Shown here piece after piece: positions 30,597-41,263 of a stretch of 64,000 bases of DNA. The notes below the pieces were generated by a model that was not told the origin of the DNA, did not search any database, and saw nothing but the letters and a program-made list of their open reading frames with translations. Numbering within the stretch: the stretch's first letter is position 1; the number at the start of each line of letters is the position of its first letter. Where the stretch lies: the IMG/VR virus record IMGVR_UViG_3300031994_000074. One strand, written 5' to 3'. Made by a program: the position numbers and the translations under genes. This DNA is from an uncultured virus (IMG/VR IMGVR_UViG_3300031994_000074) (lineage: Duplodnaviria > Heunggongvirae > Uroviricota > Caudoviricetes).

Positions 30597-33500
30597 ATGC
30601 CGGATGTGGGCGTACTGAATCTACAGATTCGGGACAATTCAATGCAGGCGGCGCAGGGGCTTTCCAGACTGGCTAATGTGCTTAAAAGCATCAAGGCGAG
30701 CACGACCGGACTGCGGCTGGCCTCGGTAGCCACGGGCATCAGCAAGATTCAGCAGAGCGTGGCGAAGATCAACAATTCCGATCTGCAAAAACTGAAAATC
30801 CTGACCTCAGAAATCCAGAAGCTACAGGCGGCTGCGGGCAGCGTGAACGGCATTCGGATCAGCTTTGGCAGCACCAAAGCGGGCGGAAGCGCGTCTTCCG
30901 GCGCGATGGAGCAGGCCCAGGTGATTCGGGATATGGCCCAGGACGCTTCAACCGCAATGGAATCTGTTGGACAGCGGATTCAGCAAGCCAACGAACAGGC
31001 AGAGCGCTTTGCGGCCGAACTGGAAAAGATGAACGCGTTGGTCCGGAACCTCGGTTGGACTGCCGGAGACGCTTCAGAAAAACTAAATGAAATGTTTATG
31101 GCGATGAACCTTCGCCGTATGTCTTCTGCACTTGGCTCCGGAGAACCGATCCTCAGTCTGATGGGCGGCGGTGTTGCACCGGAGAACGCTCTGTCCACGT
31201 ATGTGCAGGAAGGCGACGCTTGGAAGCCAGATTGGACATTCGGTGAAAACTTTGAACCTGGATTCCAGATGCTTCGCCAGCACGGAGAAGAAGTAGTCGA
31301 AACCGTCGGAACAATAAAAGACGAATTTGGAAATACAATTGCAGAAATCTCCGACGCAGCATCATCGATGGGTAGGATAGCTTCTGCTACAGCAGAAACA
31401 GCGGATGGATTCCACGATATTGAGCGTAGCACGGAGTCAGTACGCTCCAAAATTGACGGTTACAATGAAGCTATTGAGTTTGCAAGAAAATGGAACGAAT
31501 CCGGCACACAAAGCGGCGGTTATGGCGGACAGGAAGCCGCTGATATTGCGTACATTAATGATATGATAAAATCCGCATCGGAAGCTGATTTGCTTTCAAT
31601 GCGAATTGACTCTTTGCGTGACAAACTGTATCAGATGGCAAGCAGCGGAAAAGCGTCCGGAGATCAGATCGCAAGGATGGTATCCCAGATCCAGTCACTT
31701 CAAGGGAAGCTGGATGCCGCATCCGAAAGTGCGGATGGTGTCAGGCGGTCGCTGTCCGAAATAATGATAGGTTCAAACGGATTGGACGGCGCGCTCAAGC
31801 GGATGTTCCCGACCATCTCCAAGCTGCTCAGCCGGTTTAAGCAGCTTGTGAAGTACCGGATGCTTCGCGCGGTCATTAAGCAGATCAGTGAAGGTTTCCG
31901 GGAAGGCTACGAAAATTACTATCATTACAGCGACGCCATCGGCGGAGAGTTTGCGAAAAACATGGACGCCGCCACGTCCTCTCTGGCACAGATGAAAAAC
32001 TCCATCGGCGCGGCGGCAGCCCCGCTGATTAACAGTCTGATTCCGTATCTCCAGGTTGCAGTTCACTGGTTCATTGAGGTTGTGAACTACGCGAACCAGT
32101 TCGTTGCCCTGCTGCGCGGACAGAGCACATGGAGCCGGGCCACCACACAGAACGTGAAGGCGTTTGAGAAAACCGGCAAAGCGGCAAAGGGTGCGTCGTC
32201 CGCAATGAAGGATCTGCTAGCTGATTGGGACGAACTGAATATTATTCAGAGCCAGGGCGGTGGCGGAAGCGGAACGGCGGCAACCGGTGATTACCTAAAA
32301 GATTATGAAAGCATGTTTGAGGAAGTCAATAACTTTGACGACAACATAAAGGATGCCATTAAATTTATTGAAGATCATCTTGGCGGGATTCCCGGTATTT
32401 TAAAGAAAGCCGGTGCGATTCTTCTCGGATGGAAGTTGAGCAAAGCATTTGGCGGATTGATTGGAGCGCTTGGGGAGATCATTGCCGGAGGAGCGATCGT
32501 TACACTTGGCGTTGAACTTGCGTATGGTGGTGGATTTGAGGCCGGAACAAAAGGATATTTTGACACAAAAGATTTGATTGCTTCTGTTGCCGGAACTGTT
32601 GCTACAGCGCTTGGCGGAAGCCTGATTACGACTGCTATTGGAGTTGGCGGAGGCGCTGGGTTTGTTATTGGGCTTACAGCCGGGCTGATCGTCACTCTTG
32701 TTGGATGGGTAAACGGTCAGGCAGATATGTACGACAGGCTGAAATGGGGGAATCGGGAAATGACCCCAGAACAGATCAAAAACTACGTTGCTTCAAAATT
32801 TTCTTTTGATGTAAACGCAGAGATTGAACTTCTTGGGGCAAATATTAAAAACCGTGAAGCTGCGGAAGCCGCGCTTACAACCGCTGTAAACACATTTACC
32901 AGCAACCTTACATTTGCAACAATGAAGGTCGGTATTCAGGCAGACGATGCGGAAACAGCACTTACAGAAGCGTATAAAAGCGCGAATAAAGTAATAGAAG
33001 AAATTCAATCCTATATTGACACAAACGAAAAATCTCTTTACACAACATTAAGTGTATCACCAATTAAAGACTCAAAAGGCAACGACGTCACGAGCAACAT
33101 TCTTGAAAGTGTGACAATTGCGGACGAGACGCTGAAATCATATTTTGTCGGCCTTGGTAAAGAACTTGCAGATGCAATGTACGAGGGCGAAAAAGACGGA
33201 TGGACAGAAGGCGAAATGGAAGCTGTTCTTGCCCTGATGGAACGTCAGCGCAATATTGTTGCAAAAGCGGAAGAAATGCAGCGCGATATCACTTTTGAAA
33301 TGAATTACAGGTTTAACTTGAACAACCTTACTCGTGATAACGCGAAGGAAATTTCAGATCAGCAGCAGGCGATCATAAACGATTATAAAGAGACGTTTAT
33401 GAAAGACAGGCAAACAGCTCTTGCTGCCGCGATAAAAGAATTGGCTTGGGCACAGGCTGCGCTTGATGATGCAAGGGAAAAGGGACTAGACACGACGGAT

Positions 33501-34571
33501 TTGGAAAACGCGGTCAAAACATACCAAAGCCTGATTAATGACTATATGGACCCGCAGAAGGCCGAAGAAGATTGGAATGTCAAAATGAGCGAGTCTATGG
33601 CGAACATGCGCGAGGACTGGTTGAAAGCGCTGCGTAAGAATTATGGCATTATGGAAGAAGAATTTGAGTGGGATCACAACCCGTTCACATACAAGCTTCC
33701 AAACACAATTCTTGCAAATGATGTATTAGATGCTGCTCAAATGGGAGACCCGGTCGGACAAGCAACAAAAGCACTCAAAAAATACTTTGATGTTATTAAA
33801 AAGGAACAGCCTGATTATATTCGCGACATTATGAGTTCACTTAACATCGGTGTATGGGATATCACGAACGACACGATTAAAAAGAACTTGGTTGCGATGC
33901 TTCGTGAAAACCTTGGCAACGACGATTGGGCAGCAATGGTGCTTCAGAACGCTGGAGTTTCTGTTGACGAGATCGAAAAGCTTTTCGGCGACGGATATGA
34001 ATATCTTCCGGAAGGAATACAAGTGCCTGTTGAATTGTCCCCGGAAGCGGCAAGCTTTGAGATTGACGCACAGGCAGAAATTGGGGAAACAGGATTATAC
34101 GATCAGCTTAAGCAAGAAGTAGAAGATGCCATGAAGGACGGCTTCATGAGTACAGACGAAGCGTTTGATTTGATGACGCGTTACGGATGGCAGGAATACG
34201 AAAACGCCATGAAAGAGCTTCAATACAATTTAGACGAGTATGGTGCGAATCGTGGCATGGTCCGGCCGATGGGCGTGCTTGCTTCTGCCGGAACATCCGA
34301 CGTCGGGTTTGCGAGGAGAAGCAATGCTCCGGACAGCACGTTCACGCTTCAGGTCGAACCGGGAGATAACCAGCAGGAAGTAAACAATACAGCGAACGGG
34401 GTGCAGATTGGAACGGATGCGCTGCTAAACGCGCTGAACAGCATCCTGTCCGTGGCACAGGCGATCAACCGGAAACCGTTTGTGGTGAACCTTGTGCCTA
34501 CGTCCGGCCTTGGCAGGACAGTAGCACAGGGGGCGGCCGCTTTCAGCAGGGTAACGGGGGTGGACAGATAA
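30597..34571 (+). CDS. tape measure protein
   Basis: 1324 aa, helical, central hydrophobic segments, LADWDELNII. Confidence 0.9.
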   Translation: MPDVGVLNLQIRDNSMQAAQGLSRLANVLKSIKASTTGLRLASVATGISKIQQSVAKINNSDLQKLKILTSEIQKLQAAAGSVNGIRISFGSTKAGGSASSGAMEQAQVIRDMAQDASTAMESVGQRIQQANEQAERFAAELEKMNALVRNLGWTAGDASEKLNEMFMAMNLRRMSSALGSGEPILSLMGGGVAPENALSTYVQEGDAWKPDWTFGENFEPGFQMLRQHGEEVVETVGTIKDEFGNTIAEISDAASSMGRIASATAETADGFHDIERSTESVRSKIDGYNEAIEFARKWNESGTQSGGYGGQEAADIAYINDMIKSASEADLLSMRIDSLRDKLYQMASSGKASGDQIARMVSQIQSLQGKLDAASESADGVRRSLSEIMIGSNGLDGALKRMFPTISKLLSRFKQLVKYRMLRAVIKQISEGFREGYENYYHYSDAIGGEFAKNMDAATSSLAQMKNSIGAAAAPLINSLIPYLQVAVHWFIEVVNYANQFVALLRGQSTWSRATTQNVKAFEKTGKAAKGASSAMKDLLADWDELNIIQSQGGGGSGTAATGDYLKDYESMFEEVNNFDDNIKDAIKFIEDHLGGIPGILKKAGAILLGWKLSKAFGGLIGALGEIIAGGAIVTLGVELAYGGGFEAGTKGYFDTKDLIASVAGTVATALGGSLITTAIGVGGGAGFVIGLTAGLIVTLVGWVNGQADMYDRLKWGNREMTPEQIKNYVASKFSFDVNAEIELLGANIKNREAAEAALTTAVNTFTSNLTFATMKVGIQADDAETALTEAYKSANKVIEEIQSYIDTNEKSLYTTLSVSPIKDSKGNDVTSNILESVTIADETLKSYFVGLGKELADAMYEGEKDGWTEGEMEAVLALMERQRNIVAKAEEMQRDITFEMNYRFNLNNLTRDNAKEISDQQQAIINDYKETFMKDRQTALAAAIKELAWAQAALDDAREKGLDTTDLENAVKTYQSLINDYMDPQKAEEDWNVKMSESMANMREDWLKALRKNYGIMEEEFEWDHNPFTYKLPNTILANDVLDAAQMGDPVGQATKALKKYFDVIKKEQPDYIRDIMSSLNIGVWDITNDTIKKNLVAMLRENLGNDDWAAMVLQNAGVSVDEIEKLFGDGYEYLPEGIQVPVELSPEAASFEIDAQAEIGETGLYDQLKQEVEDAMKDGFMSTDEAFDLMTRYGWQEYENAMKELQYNLDEYGANRGMVRPMGVLASAGTSDVGFARRSNAPDSTFTLQVEPGDNQQEVNNTANGVQIGTDALLNALNSILSVAQAINRKPFVVNLVPTSGLGRTVAQGAAAFSRVTGVDR

Positions 34572-34572
34572 C

Positions 34573-34956
34573 ATGATGATTCAGTACCGATACAGGATGG
34601 GCATCCGGATCAACAACACGCCGATTCCGGATCCTTCGGAATGGGGATACCAGGTGGGCGACCTGGATACGAGCGGAAGCCGGGACGCAACGGGCATGCT
34701 GCACAGGGCACGGGTCGCCACGAAGATCAACTATGAATTCAGCTGGAAGGCGCTTGAGTGGGAGAAGCTTCAGCAGATGCTGTCCCTGATGTCGGCGGAC
34801 AAGTTCACGCTGGTAGCGCCGGATCCGAGAACCTTTACGGGGACGTATACGGGGCAATACTACGTTGGCGACCGGACGGGCAAGGCGATTTATTTCTGGC
34901 CCGACCGGGACGAGACGGCGTTGTTTGATTTGAAACTGAAGCTGATCGAGTATTAA
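34573..34956 (+). CDS. distal tail protein-like
   Basis: follows the tape measure gene; SRDATGMLHR, YVGDR. Confidence 0.7.
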   Translation: MMIQYRYRMGIRINNTPIPDPSEWGYQVGDLDTSGSRDATGMLHRARVATKINYEFSWKALEWEKLQQMLSLMSADKFTLVAPDPRTFTGTYTGQYYVGDRTGKAIYFWPDRDETALFDLKLKLIEY

Positions 34957-34973
34957 GAAAGGAGGTGAACCGG

Positions 34974-35867
34974 ATGTATCCGGCAAGCGACGCTTTTCAC
35001 GAGGCGGTGCGGAACGGGGCGCCGCAGATTCCGCTGCTGGTGTTTTCAGGCAGGACGTTCACGGACGCAGACATCGACGTGGATGCGGGAATCGAGTTTG
35101 ACGACAACTTCAATATGGAAGAGAACCTGGCCATCGGGCAGGCGGTGAGCAATGAAATCCGGTTCACGCTGTTCAACGACGACGGGCATCTGAATGAGTT
35201 CCCCTTTGGAGAGTTCAAGGCGTGGCTGGGGGCGCAGATATCCGGGAGCGCGACGAGCGATCCGGACGGAATGAGCTTTAACGAGAGCACCCGGATGCTG
35301 ACGGTGGTGAGCGGGGGATACGCGGCGGTGTACGAGATGGTGCCGCTGGGCGTGTTCATCGCGGACCGGCCGAACGTGCCGGACGAGATCCGGGTGAGCC
35401 TAACGTGCTTTGACCGGATGCAGAAGTTTGAAGAGGACATGCCTGGTGCGTCGGCGATGGGGATGACCTACCCTGCGACGATCGGGACGCTGTTTACGAA
35501 GCTGTGCCAGAGTTGCGGAGTGCCATACGTGTCGGCGACGTTCATCAACAGCGGGGCGGTGATCGCGAAGGAACCGGAGCAGTTTGAGAATGCGACGAAG
35601 CGGGAGGTGCTGGGCTGGATCGCGGAAGCGGCCGGGAGCATCGCGCGGTTTGACCGGGACGGTGTGCTTGAACTGGCGTGGGTGAAGAGTACGGATCAGG
35701 AAGTGGACGAGAGCGGATACGTGGAGTTCAAGCCGTACTGGTACGAGACGAAAAATGTTACGAAGCTTCACAACCGGTCGTCCGACGGCGGATATGACAA
35801 CGTGGTCGGGGGCGGGACGGAAGCGTACCTGATTCAGGACAATCCTTTGCTGGAGGGGGTGGAGTAA
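34974..35867 (+). CDS. tail/baseplate hub protein
   Basis: synteny; REVLGWIAEAAG, ARFDRDG. Confidence 0.65.
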   Translation: MYPASDAFHEAVRNGAPQIPLLVFSGRTFTDADIDVDAGIEFDDNFNMEENLAIGQAVSNEIRFTLFNDDGHLNEFPFGEFKAWLGAQISGSATSDPDGMSFNESTRMLTVVSGGYAAVYEMVPLGVFIADRPNVPDEIRVSLTCFDRMQKFEEDMPGASAMGMTYPATIGTLFTKLCQSCGVPYVSATFINSGAVIAKEPEQFENATKREVLGWIAEAAGSIARFDRDGVLELAWVKSTDQEVDESGYVEFKPYWYETKNVTKLHNRSSDGGYDNVVGGGTEAYLIQDNPLLEGVE

Positions 35868-38800
35868 TGGCAAACATCTCTGGCGCGTCCCTGGCGCAGA
35901 TACAGCAGCGCTTGCGGGACACGCCTGCTTATCACCCTTTTGACGCGGACACGTTCTGCGACTGGGCGATGGAAGCCGGAGACATCGTAACGGTACGCCG
36001 CGGCGAAGAGAGCTACCAAAGCCCGATACATTCGTCTCACCTTGTATGGCGCGGGAAGCAGAACATGGAACTGAACGCGTCAGGAACAAAGGAACGGGAC
36101 GCCATTGCCCGCGTGAGCAAACAGAAGTACGCCCGTGGCGGGTACGGCATGCGGCAGCAGAAGAGCCTGTACTATGAGTTCTACTCGGAAGACGGGTACC
36201 TGCACAGCCAGTTCGAACTGAACGAGTCCCACATGCGCAGCGAATTTGAGGACGTAGCGAACAGCCTGCGGGGCGAGTTTGAGGTTACGGCTTCCCATCT
36301 GAGGACGGAGTTCAACGATACGGCCAACAGTCTGCGCGGGGAGTTTGAAGTTACGGCATCTCATCTTCGTGGCGAGTTCGAGGACGCTGCGAACGGGCTT
36401 CGTGGAGAGTTCGAGGTAACGGCTTCGCACCTGCGCAGCGAGTTCAACGACACAGCAAACAGTTTACGCGGTGAGTTTGAAGTCACGGCTTCAGGGCTTC
36501 GCAGTGAGTTTGAGGACGTAGCGAACAGCCTCCGGGGTGAGTTTGAAGTCACGGCTTCAGGGCTTCGCAGTGAGTTTGAGGACGTAGCGAACAGCCTCCG
36601 GGGTGAGTTTGAAGTGACAGCTTCCGGCCTGCGTGCGGATTTCGAGGACGCGAACAACAGTTTGCGCGGCGAGTTCGAGGTCACGGCTGCCAGCTTACGG
36701 GCACAGTTCGAGGACACGAGCAACAGCCTGCGGAGCAGTATCGAAGCGGAAGCCGGACGGATCGGTCTGGTCGTGGAAGGATACGGTGCGGACGCGTCTG
36801 TGAAGCGGGCGTCGATCGTGCTTGCGATCAACAACGGGAAGAGCAGCACGCACATCGATGCGGACGAGGTTTACATCGGGGACAAAAGCAGCACGACGGT
36901 TATCAACGGGAAACTGAATGCAAGCGATTTGACGGCAGATTTTATTGCCGGGAAGCTTGCAACATTAAGCTCCTTGCAAGTTAACGGGATATCGGCCAGC
37001 GGTTCTGTTTCTTTCTCCGGAACAACAACTCTGTCCGGGTCAGTACAGATTCAGGGATCGGACGGGACCACGCGGAACCTTGCAACTGGCATCCGGACAC
37101 TGTACAAAGCGAGTGAGAGCGAAGGCGTTGTCACCCTGCAATATATCGATTTCAACGGCGCAACACATGACGTAACTTTTAATAAAGCCGTTGCTACAAT
37201 TTCCGGGTCGTGGAGTGACGGCACACTCACTGTTAGCAAAGACCCGAACGGATCATCAACATATTCTTCTGTTATTGATTCGGTACTTGCTAACGGACAG
37301 GTCACATACGCAAATCAGATCCTGACGGTTCCGGTCACGGTCAGGGTGCGTAATAATGGCGGAAGCCAGTCGGAGACAGGGTATTCAGGAACGCTGGCAG
37401 TCGGAGCGGGGCTGGCTTATACTGCCGGACAAAACAGCGTAAATGCCAGCAAACTATCGTGGAGCGCCGGAAGTCTTACCATAAAGCCAAGCGCAGGCAC
37501 TGGCTCTTCTGCTACTGTTAATCTTACAGCCGCCTCTGCCACGTGGGATGGAAATACTGCAAGCATTAAGATATGGGACGGAACGAGTGCAGATTCACAG
37601 CATGGGTCTGATACCGGCTACACAGTTACAGTAGATGCTTCGGGACGGTACACAGCAGGGCAAAACAGCGTTAATGTAAAACGTGGCACTTGGAACGCCG
37701 GAAGTCTTACCATAAAGCCAAGCGCAGGCACAGGCTCTTCCGTTACTGTTAATCTTACGGCCGCTTCTGCTACATGGGATGAAAATACTGCAAGCGTAAA
37801 GATTTGGGACGGAACAGGTGCAGATGCGCAGCATGGGTCCGATACTGGATACACAGTTACAGTAGATGCTACTGCGAGATATAAAGCAGGCAAGAAAGAC
37901 GCTTCTGTCACCGGAGCATGGGAGCAAAGCAATCCGCAGTCCAGTGCAAACCCATACAATAAGTACACGGTTCGGAACCCAAGTAACGGCAATGCTGTGA
38001 TGCTGTCGGAAACCGTGAATGTATCGCAGAGTTACGACTCCACGACGCATAAGTACACAGCGACCGTGGACGCGACACATTCGTCTTCTGTCATTACAGC
38101 TGTGACAGGAACGGAAGCATATATAGCAGGATGGAGCGCTGCTTACGATAAAGTATCCATGCCCGGTGCAGGAACGGGTACTACGTTTGATGTGCAGGTT
38201 CCTCCGTCTGCAGTAGATGGAAATGCCGAAAAAAAGACTTTCACAATCTCCAAAGGCACTCCCGGAACTTCTGGGTATGCGGCAGTAAGCTTGAGTGGAA
38301 CGGTTGTTGGAAGGATTGATATAAGCGACTGGTACACTACCGGAAAAACAGACGGCTATAACAGCGCACATGTTACCGGAAGTTGGTCAAATAACGTATT
38401 CACATATAGTAAAACCAACGACAGCACAAAACCGAACAGCGCCAGCGTAACAATCGGCACGAGGTTCAACTCCGCATCGACCGGATATTATATGTCAGCC
38501 TATCGTACGGTGGGGGGCAATACGTCCGATATAGCAAATACCAGCACATATTACAATCTTGGTACAAATTCAGCCGGGACTGTAGTGCAAGTGCAAGACC
38601 GGAACGGAAACCAGATTAGTAATACGCCTATATACAATCTGCCCACGATTGGCATATCGTCTTCATCCCAAACGATCAACGCGGGGAAATCCGTTACGGT
38701 CTACGCAACGAAGAACGGAAGCAACGTGGCGAGCGCCGCGTGTACGGTGACGGCACGCAGCATAGGATACATCACGGTGGATGCCGGAGGCAACCACAAT

Positions 38801-39358
38801 GGAGACTGGTGGAATTTCCGGTGTTACACGCAAAAGGGAGGCACGCTTGTCTGCGAAGGCAATACAGACGTTGCGAATTATGGAATGTATGTTCCGGGCA
38901 GCAGTTCAAGTTCATCGCATACGATTACAAGCTTCAATACAGGTTCTCCATCAGGGCAATCATACAATTCAATTGTAAACGGCAATGAAGGTTATATGCT
39001 CGTTGGAAGTGGGAATGATGCAACAGCTTATATTGTTACAAAAAGCACATGGAACTGCGATGGAAATTCAAAATCAGGAGTAAGTTATCTGCAATCAGCA
39101 CCTACGCTTCTTTATAAGAAAGGGTACGCTGACGGTGGTGGCGGTGGCGGTGGGACACATACGCCAAGCCTTGAAAGCTGGGACCGTTCAGACTGGTCTG
39201 TCGATGTTAACGGAAATATTCCAAGCGGATATATAAAGATTGCGGAAACATCCAGACATAGCGCCGGGTACGTCTTTAAGTTTAAGATTTTAGTAACGGC
39301 AGATTGTCAGGGAGTCAAACAGTCAGGCAGCAAAGGGTACTACATTGTATTAACATAA
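35867..39358 (+). CDS. large tail fibre/spike protein with internal repeats
   Basis: 1163 aa; 22-aa coiled-coil repeats, then Ser/Thr/Gly-rich beta modules. Confidence 0.8.
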   Translation: MANISGASLAQIQQRLRDTPAYHPFDADTFCDWAMEAGDIVTVRRGEESYQSPIHSSHLVWRGKQNMELNASGTKERDAIARVSKQKYARGGYGMRQQKSLYYEFYSEDGYLHSQFELNESHMRSEFEDVANSLRGEFEVTASHLRTEFNDTANSLRGEFEVTASHLRGEFEDAANGLRGEFEVTASHLRSEFNDTANSLRGEFEVTASGLRSEFEDVANSLRGEFEVTASGLRSEFEDVANSLRGEFEVTASGLRADFEDANNSLRGEFEVTAASLRAQFEDTSNSLRSSIEAEAGRIGLVVEGYGADASVKRASIVLAINNGKSSTHIDADEVYIGDKSSTTVINGKLNASDLTADFIAGKLATLSSLQVNGISASGSVSFSGTTTLSGSVQIQGSDGTTRNLATGIRTLYKASESEGVVTLQYIDFNGATHDVTFNKAVATISGSWSDGTLTVSKDPNGSSTYSSVIDSVLANGQVTYANQILTVPVTVRVRNNGGSQSETGYSGTLAVGAGLAYTAGQNSVNASKLSWSAGSLTIKPSAGTGSSATVNLTAASATWDGNTASIKIWDGTSADSQHGSDTGYTVTVDASGRYTAGQNSVNVKRGTWNAGSLTIKPSAGTGSSVTVNLTAASATWDENTASVKIWDGTGADAQHGSDTGYTVTVDATARYKAGKKDASVTGAWEQSNPQSSANPYNKYTVRNPSNGNAVMLSETVNVSQSYDSTTHKYTATVDATHSSSVITAVTGTEAYIAGWSAAYDKVSMPGAGTGTTFDVQVPPSAVDGNAEKKTFTISKGTPGTSGYAAVSLSGTVVGRIDISDWYTTGKTDGYNSAHVTGSWSNNVFTYSKTNDSTKPNSASVTIGTRFNSASTGYYMSAYRTVGGNTSDIANTSTYYNLGTNSAGTVVQVQDRNGNQISNTPIYNLPTIGISSSSQTINAGKSVTVYATKNGSNVASAACTVTARSIGYITVDAGGNHNGDWWNFRCYTQKGGTLVCEGNTDVANYGMYVPGSSSSSSHTITSFNTGSPSGQSYNSIVNGNEGYMLVGSGNDATAYIVTKSTWNCDGNSKSGVSYLQSAPTLLYKKGYADGGGGGGGTHTPSLESWDRSDWSVDVNGNIPSGYIKIAETSRHSAGYVFKFKILVTADCQGVKQSGSKGYYIVLT
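36225..36740 (+). repeat. 66-bp (22-aa) tandem coding repeat, about 8 units
   Basis: S(H/G)LRSEFEDVANSLRGEFEVTA repeated. Confidence 0.9.
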
Positions 39359-39375
39359 AAGAGGAGGACAAAAAA

Positions 39376-39639
39376 ATGACAGTACGGGAAGTAGTGGAAC
39401 TGGTAAGGAATGACCTGGGGAACATCTCTGTTCCGGTGTCGCAGATGACGACCATCGGAGTCCCAATTGCACGGGCGATTGATGGACTGAACGCCGTGAT
39501 CCAGGCTTGGGACGAGGAAGACAAGCAGAATCGTGAAAAGCAGGAAACGCAGGAGCAGTCCAACCCGGACGAACCAACGTTTACATTTGATGTCATTCCG
39601 GAAGACGATGCGTTGGTGGAGGCACAGAACAATGGATGA
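39376..39639 (+). CDS. hypothetical protein
   Basis: gaggagg RBS. Confidence 0.6.
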   Translation: MTVREVVELVRNDLGNISVPVSQMTTIGVPIARAIDGLNAVIQAWDEEDKQNREKQETQEQSNPDEPTFTFDVIPEDDALVEAQNNG

Positions 39640-39913
39640 GTATATCGTGCTGGCAGACGGGACGGAGATCGCCCCGTGCCACATCCTTCAGATGACCGAC
39701 CGGGAAATCATCGTGTACGTGAACGGAACGCATACCATTGAAGAGATGTTCAACTGGTTCAGCAATCCGGAAGCTACCGCCACGATCACGGCGAACCGGT
39801 TTGGGACGGAGACGGAGTACGCCGGATACACGGAGCTGTTTGCCATGCGGATCGAGAACAGCAACCTCGCGACGGCCTGCCTGCGGAAGGGAGCGGCGAA
39901 TGCGAACACTTGA
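39632..39913 (+). CDS. hypothetical tail-associated protein
   Basis: overlapping ORF; IVLADGTEI start. Confidence 0.6.
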   Translation: MDEYIVLADGTEIAPCHILQMTDREIIVYVNGTHTIEEMFNWFSNPEATATITANRFGTETEYAGYTELFAMRIENSNLATACLRKGAANANT

Positions 39914-40883
39914 TATCATTGTTCCGCACTACAGGGAGCCGTGGGAGACCGGGCGGAAGTTCTTTGACCTGATCGAGCACCAGAGAGGCGTGAAGCGGGA
40001 GGACTACCGGATTACGGTGGTGCAGGACGGAGAGGAAGGGAGCCTGGACTGGGACGCAATTCGAAAGAACTACTCCTACCCGATCCGCGTACTCCACATT
40101 CCGCATGGTGGAATCAGCCGCGCCCGGAACGCCGGAATCGACAACGCGGACGCGGAATGGATCATGTTCTGTGACTTTGACGACTGCTTCACGAGCATCT
40201 ACAGCATTCGCGGAATCATGGAGCTGCTGAAGACGGAGCAGGCAGGCCATTTCGACTTCCTGCACACGCCGTTTGTTTCCGAGTTCATGACAAAGGACGA
40301 GCTTGGACTGTCGGAGAACGACAAGGAGACCGTATGGACCCACGGGAAGCTGTTCCGGCTGAGTTTCCTGCGGGAGCACGGGATCCGGTTTAACGAGGAT
40401 CTGTGGTTTTCCGAGGACAGCTGCTTTCTGGCCATCCTGCACGAGGATGTGGCCCCGGAGCGGAAGGCGCGGATTAAGCCGCCGAACTATCCGCTGTACT
40501 CCTGGGTGTTCAACCCGGAAAGCGTGACCAGCACGAAGGAGAACCGGAAGGGGTTTGCCGGACAGATTCTGAAGCGGCACCGCGCGGTGATGGCCCACCT
40601 GAAGAAGACCGGGAACGAGGAAAGCTACGGCGGGATGGCGGTTCGGGCGATGTGGGACATGTATTACGAGGCGAGCGCGAACGACCTGCCAGCCGAGACG
40701 ATCGCGGACATCCGGAGATTCTACCGGGAGCACAAAGAAGACATCGCGAAGGTGGATCCGGAACACGCAAGGCGGGTGGGCGAATGCTCCACGAAGGAAC
40801 ACGCGCCGGAATGCCGGAAGCACGGATGGCCGAAGATGAGTTTTGAGGAATGGATTCGGGTTATTGACGGATCGTGGGGGTGA
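39900..40883 (+). CDS. glycosyltransferase family 2 within the tail module
   Basis: LDIIVPHY, VVQDG, GISRARNAGID, WIMFCDFDD, SEDSCF. Confidence 0.9.
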   Translation: MRTLDIIVPHYREPWETGRKFFDLIEHQRGVKREDYRITVVQDGEEGSLDWDAIRKNYSYPIRVLHIPHGGISRARNAGIDNADAEWIMFCDFDDCFTSIYSIRGIMELLKTEQAGHFDFLHTPFVSEFMTKDELGLSENDKETVWTHGKLFRLSFLREHGIRFNEDLWFSEDSCFLAILHEDVAPERKARIKPPNYPLYSWVFNPESVTSTKENRKGFAGQILKRHRAVMAHLKKTGNEESYGGMAVRAMWDMYYEASANDLPAETIADIRRFYREHKEDIAKVDPEHARRVGECSTKEHAPECRKHGWPKMSFEEWIRVIDGSWG

Positions 40884-40888
40884 CAGGG

Positions 40889-41263
40889 ATGAAAGTACAC
40901 AAGGAGTGCAAGAAGCTGGAAATGTACGGGGGCGATACGGAAGGCGTGTCCTTCAAACTGAAGGGATACGATTTCACGAGCGCCGACCGGGTTCTGTTCA
41001 CAGTGAAGGACAAGAAGGGCAGGAAGGTCATCCGGAAGCTGTTTCAGGTGGAGGATAACACGGTGGTGGTGAACTTCACGAACAGCGACACAGAGAACCT
41101 GCCGGACGGCGAGTACTTGTGGGACATCCGGATTTTCTTCAACGCGCAGTTCGACGAGAGCGGGAACCTGATCGAGGAGAACGGCGTGAAGACGCCCGGA
41201 AGCCCGTATGTGCTCCAGATTCACAACACGGTCGGAGACGCCAGGGGAGGTGACGGCACATGA
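40889..41263 (+). CDS. BppU-like baseplate/fibre adaptor
   Basis: GDT...FTVK...DTENLPDGEYLWDI pattern. Confidence 0.6.
   Translation: MKVHKECKKLEMYGGDTEGVSFKLKGYDFTSADRVLFTVKDKKGRKVIRKLFQVEDNTVVVNFTNSDTENLPDGEYLWDIRIFFNAQFDESGNLIEENGVKTPGSPYVLQIHNTVGDARGGDGT

Noticed and set aside
36225..36740. Possible CRISPR array or DGR repeat
   Set aside because: In-frame coding repeat with synonymous variation; no reverse transcriptase and no adenine-specific TR/VR pair seen
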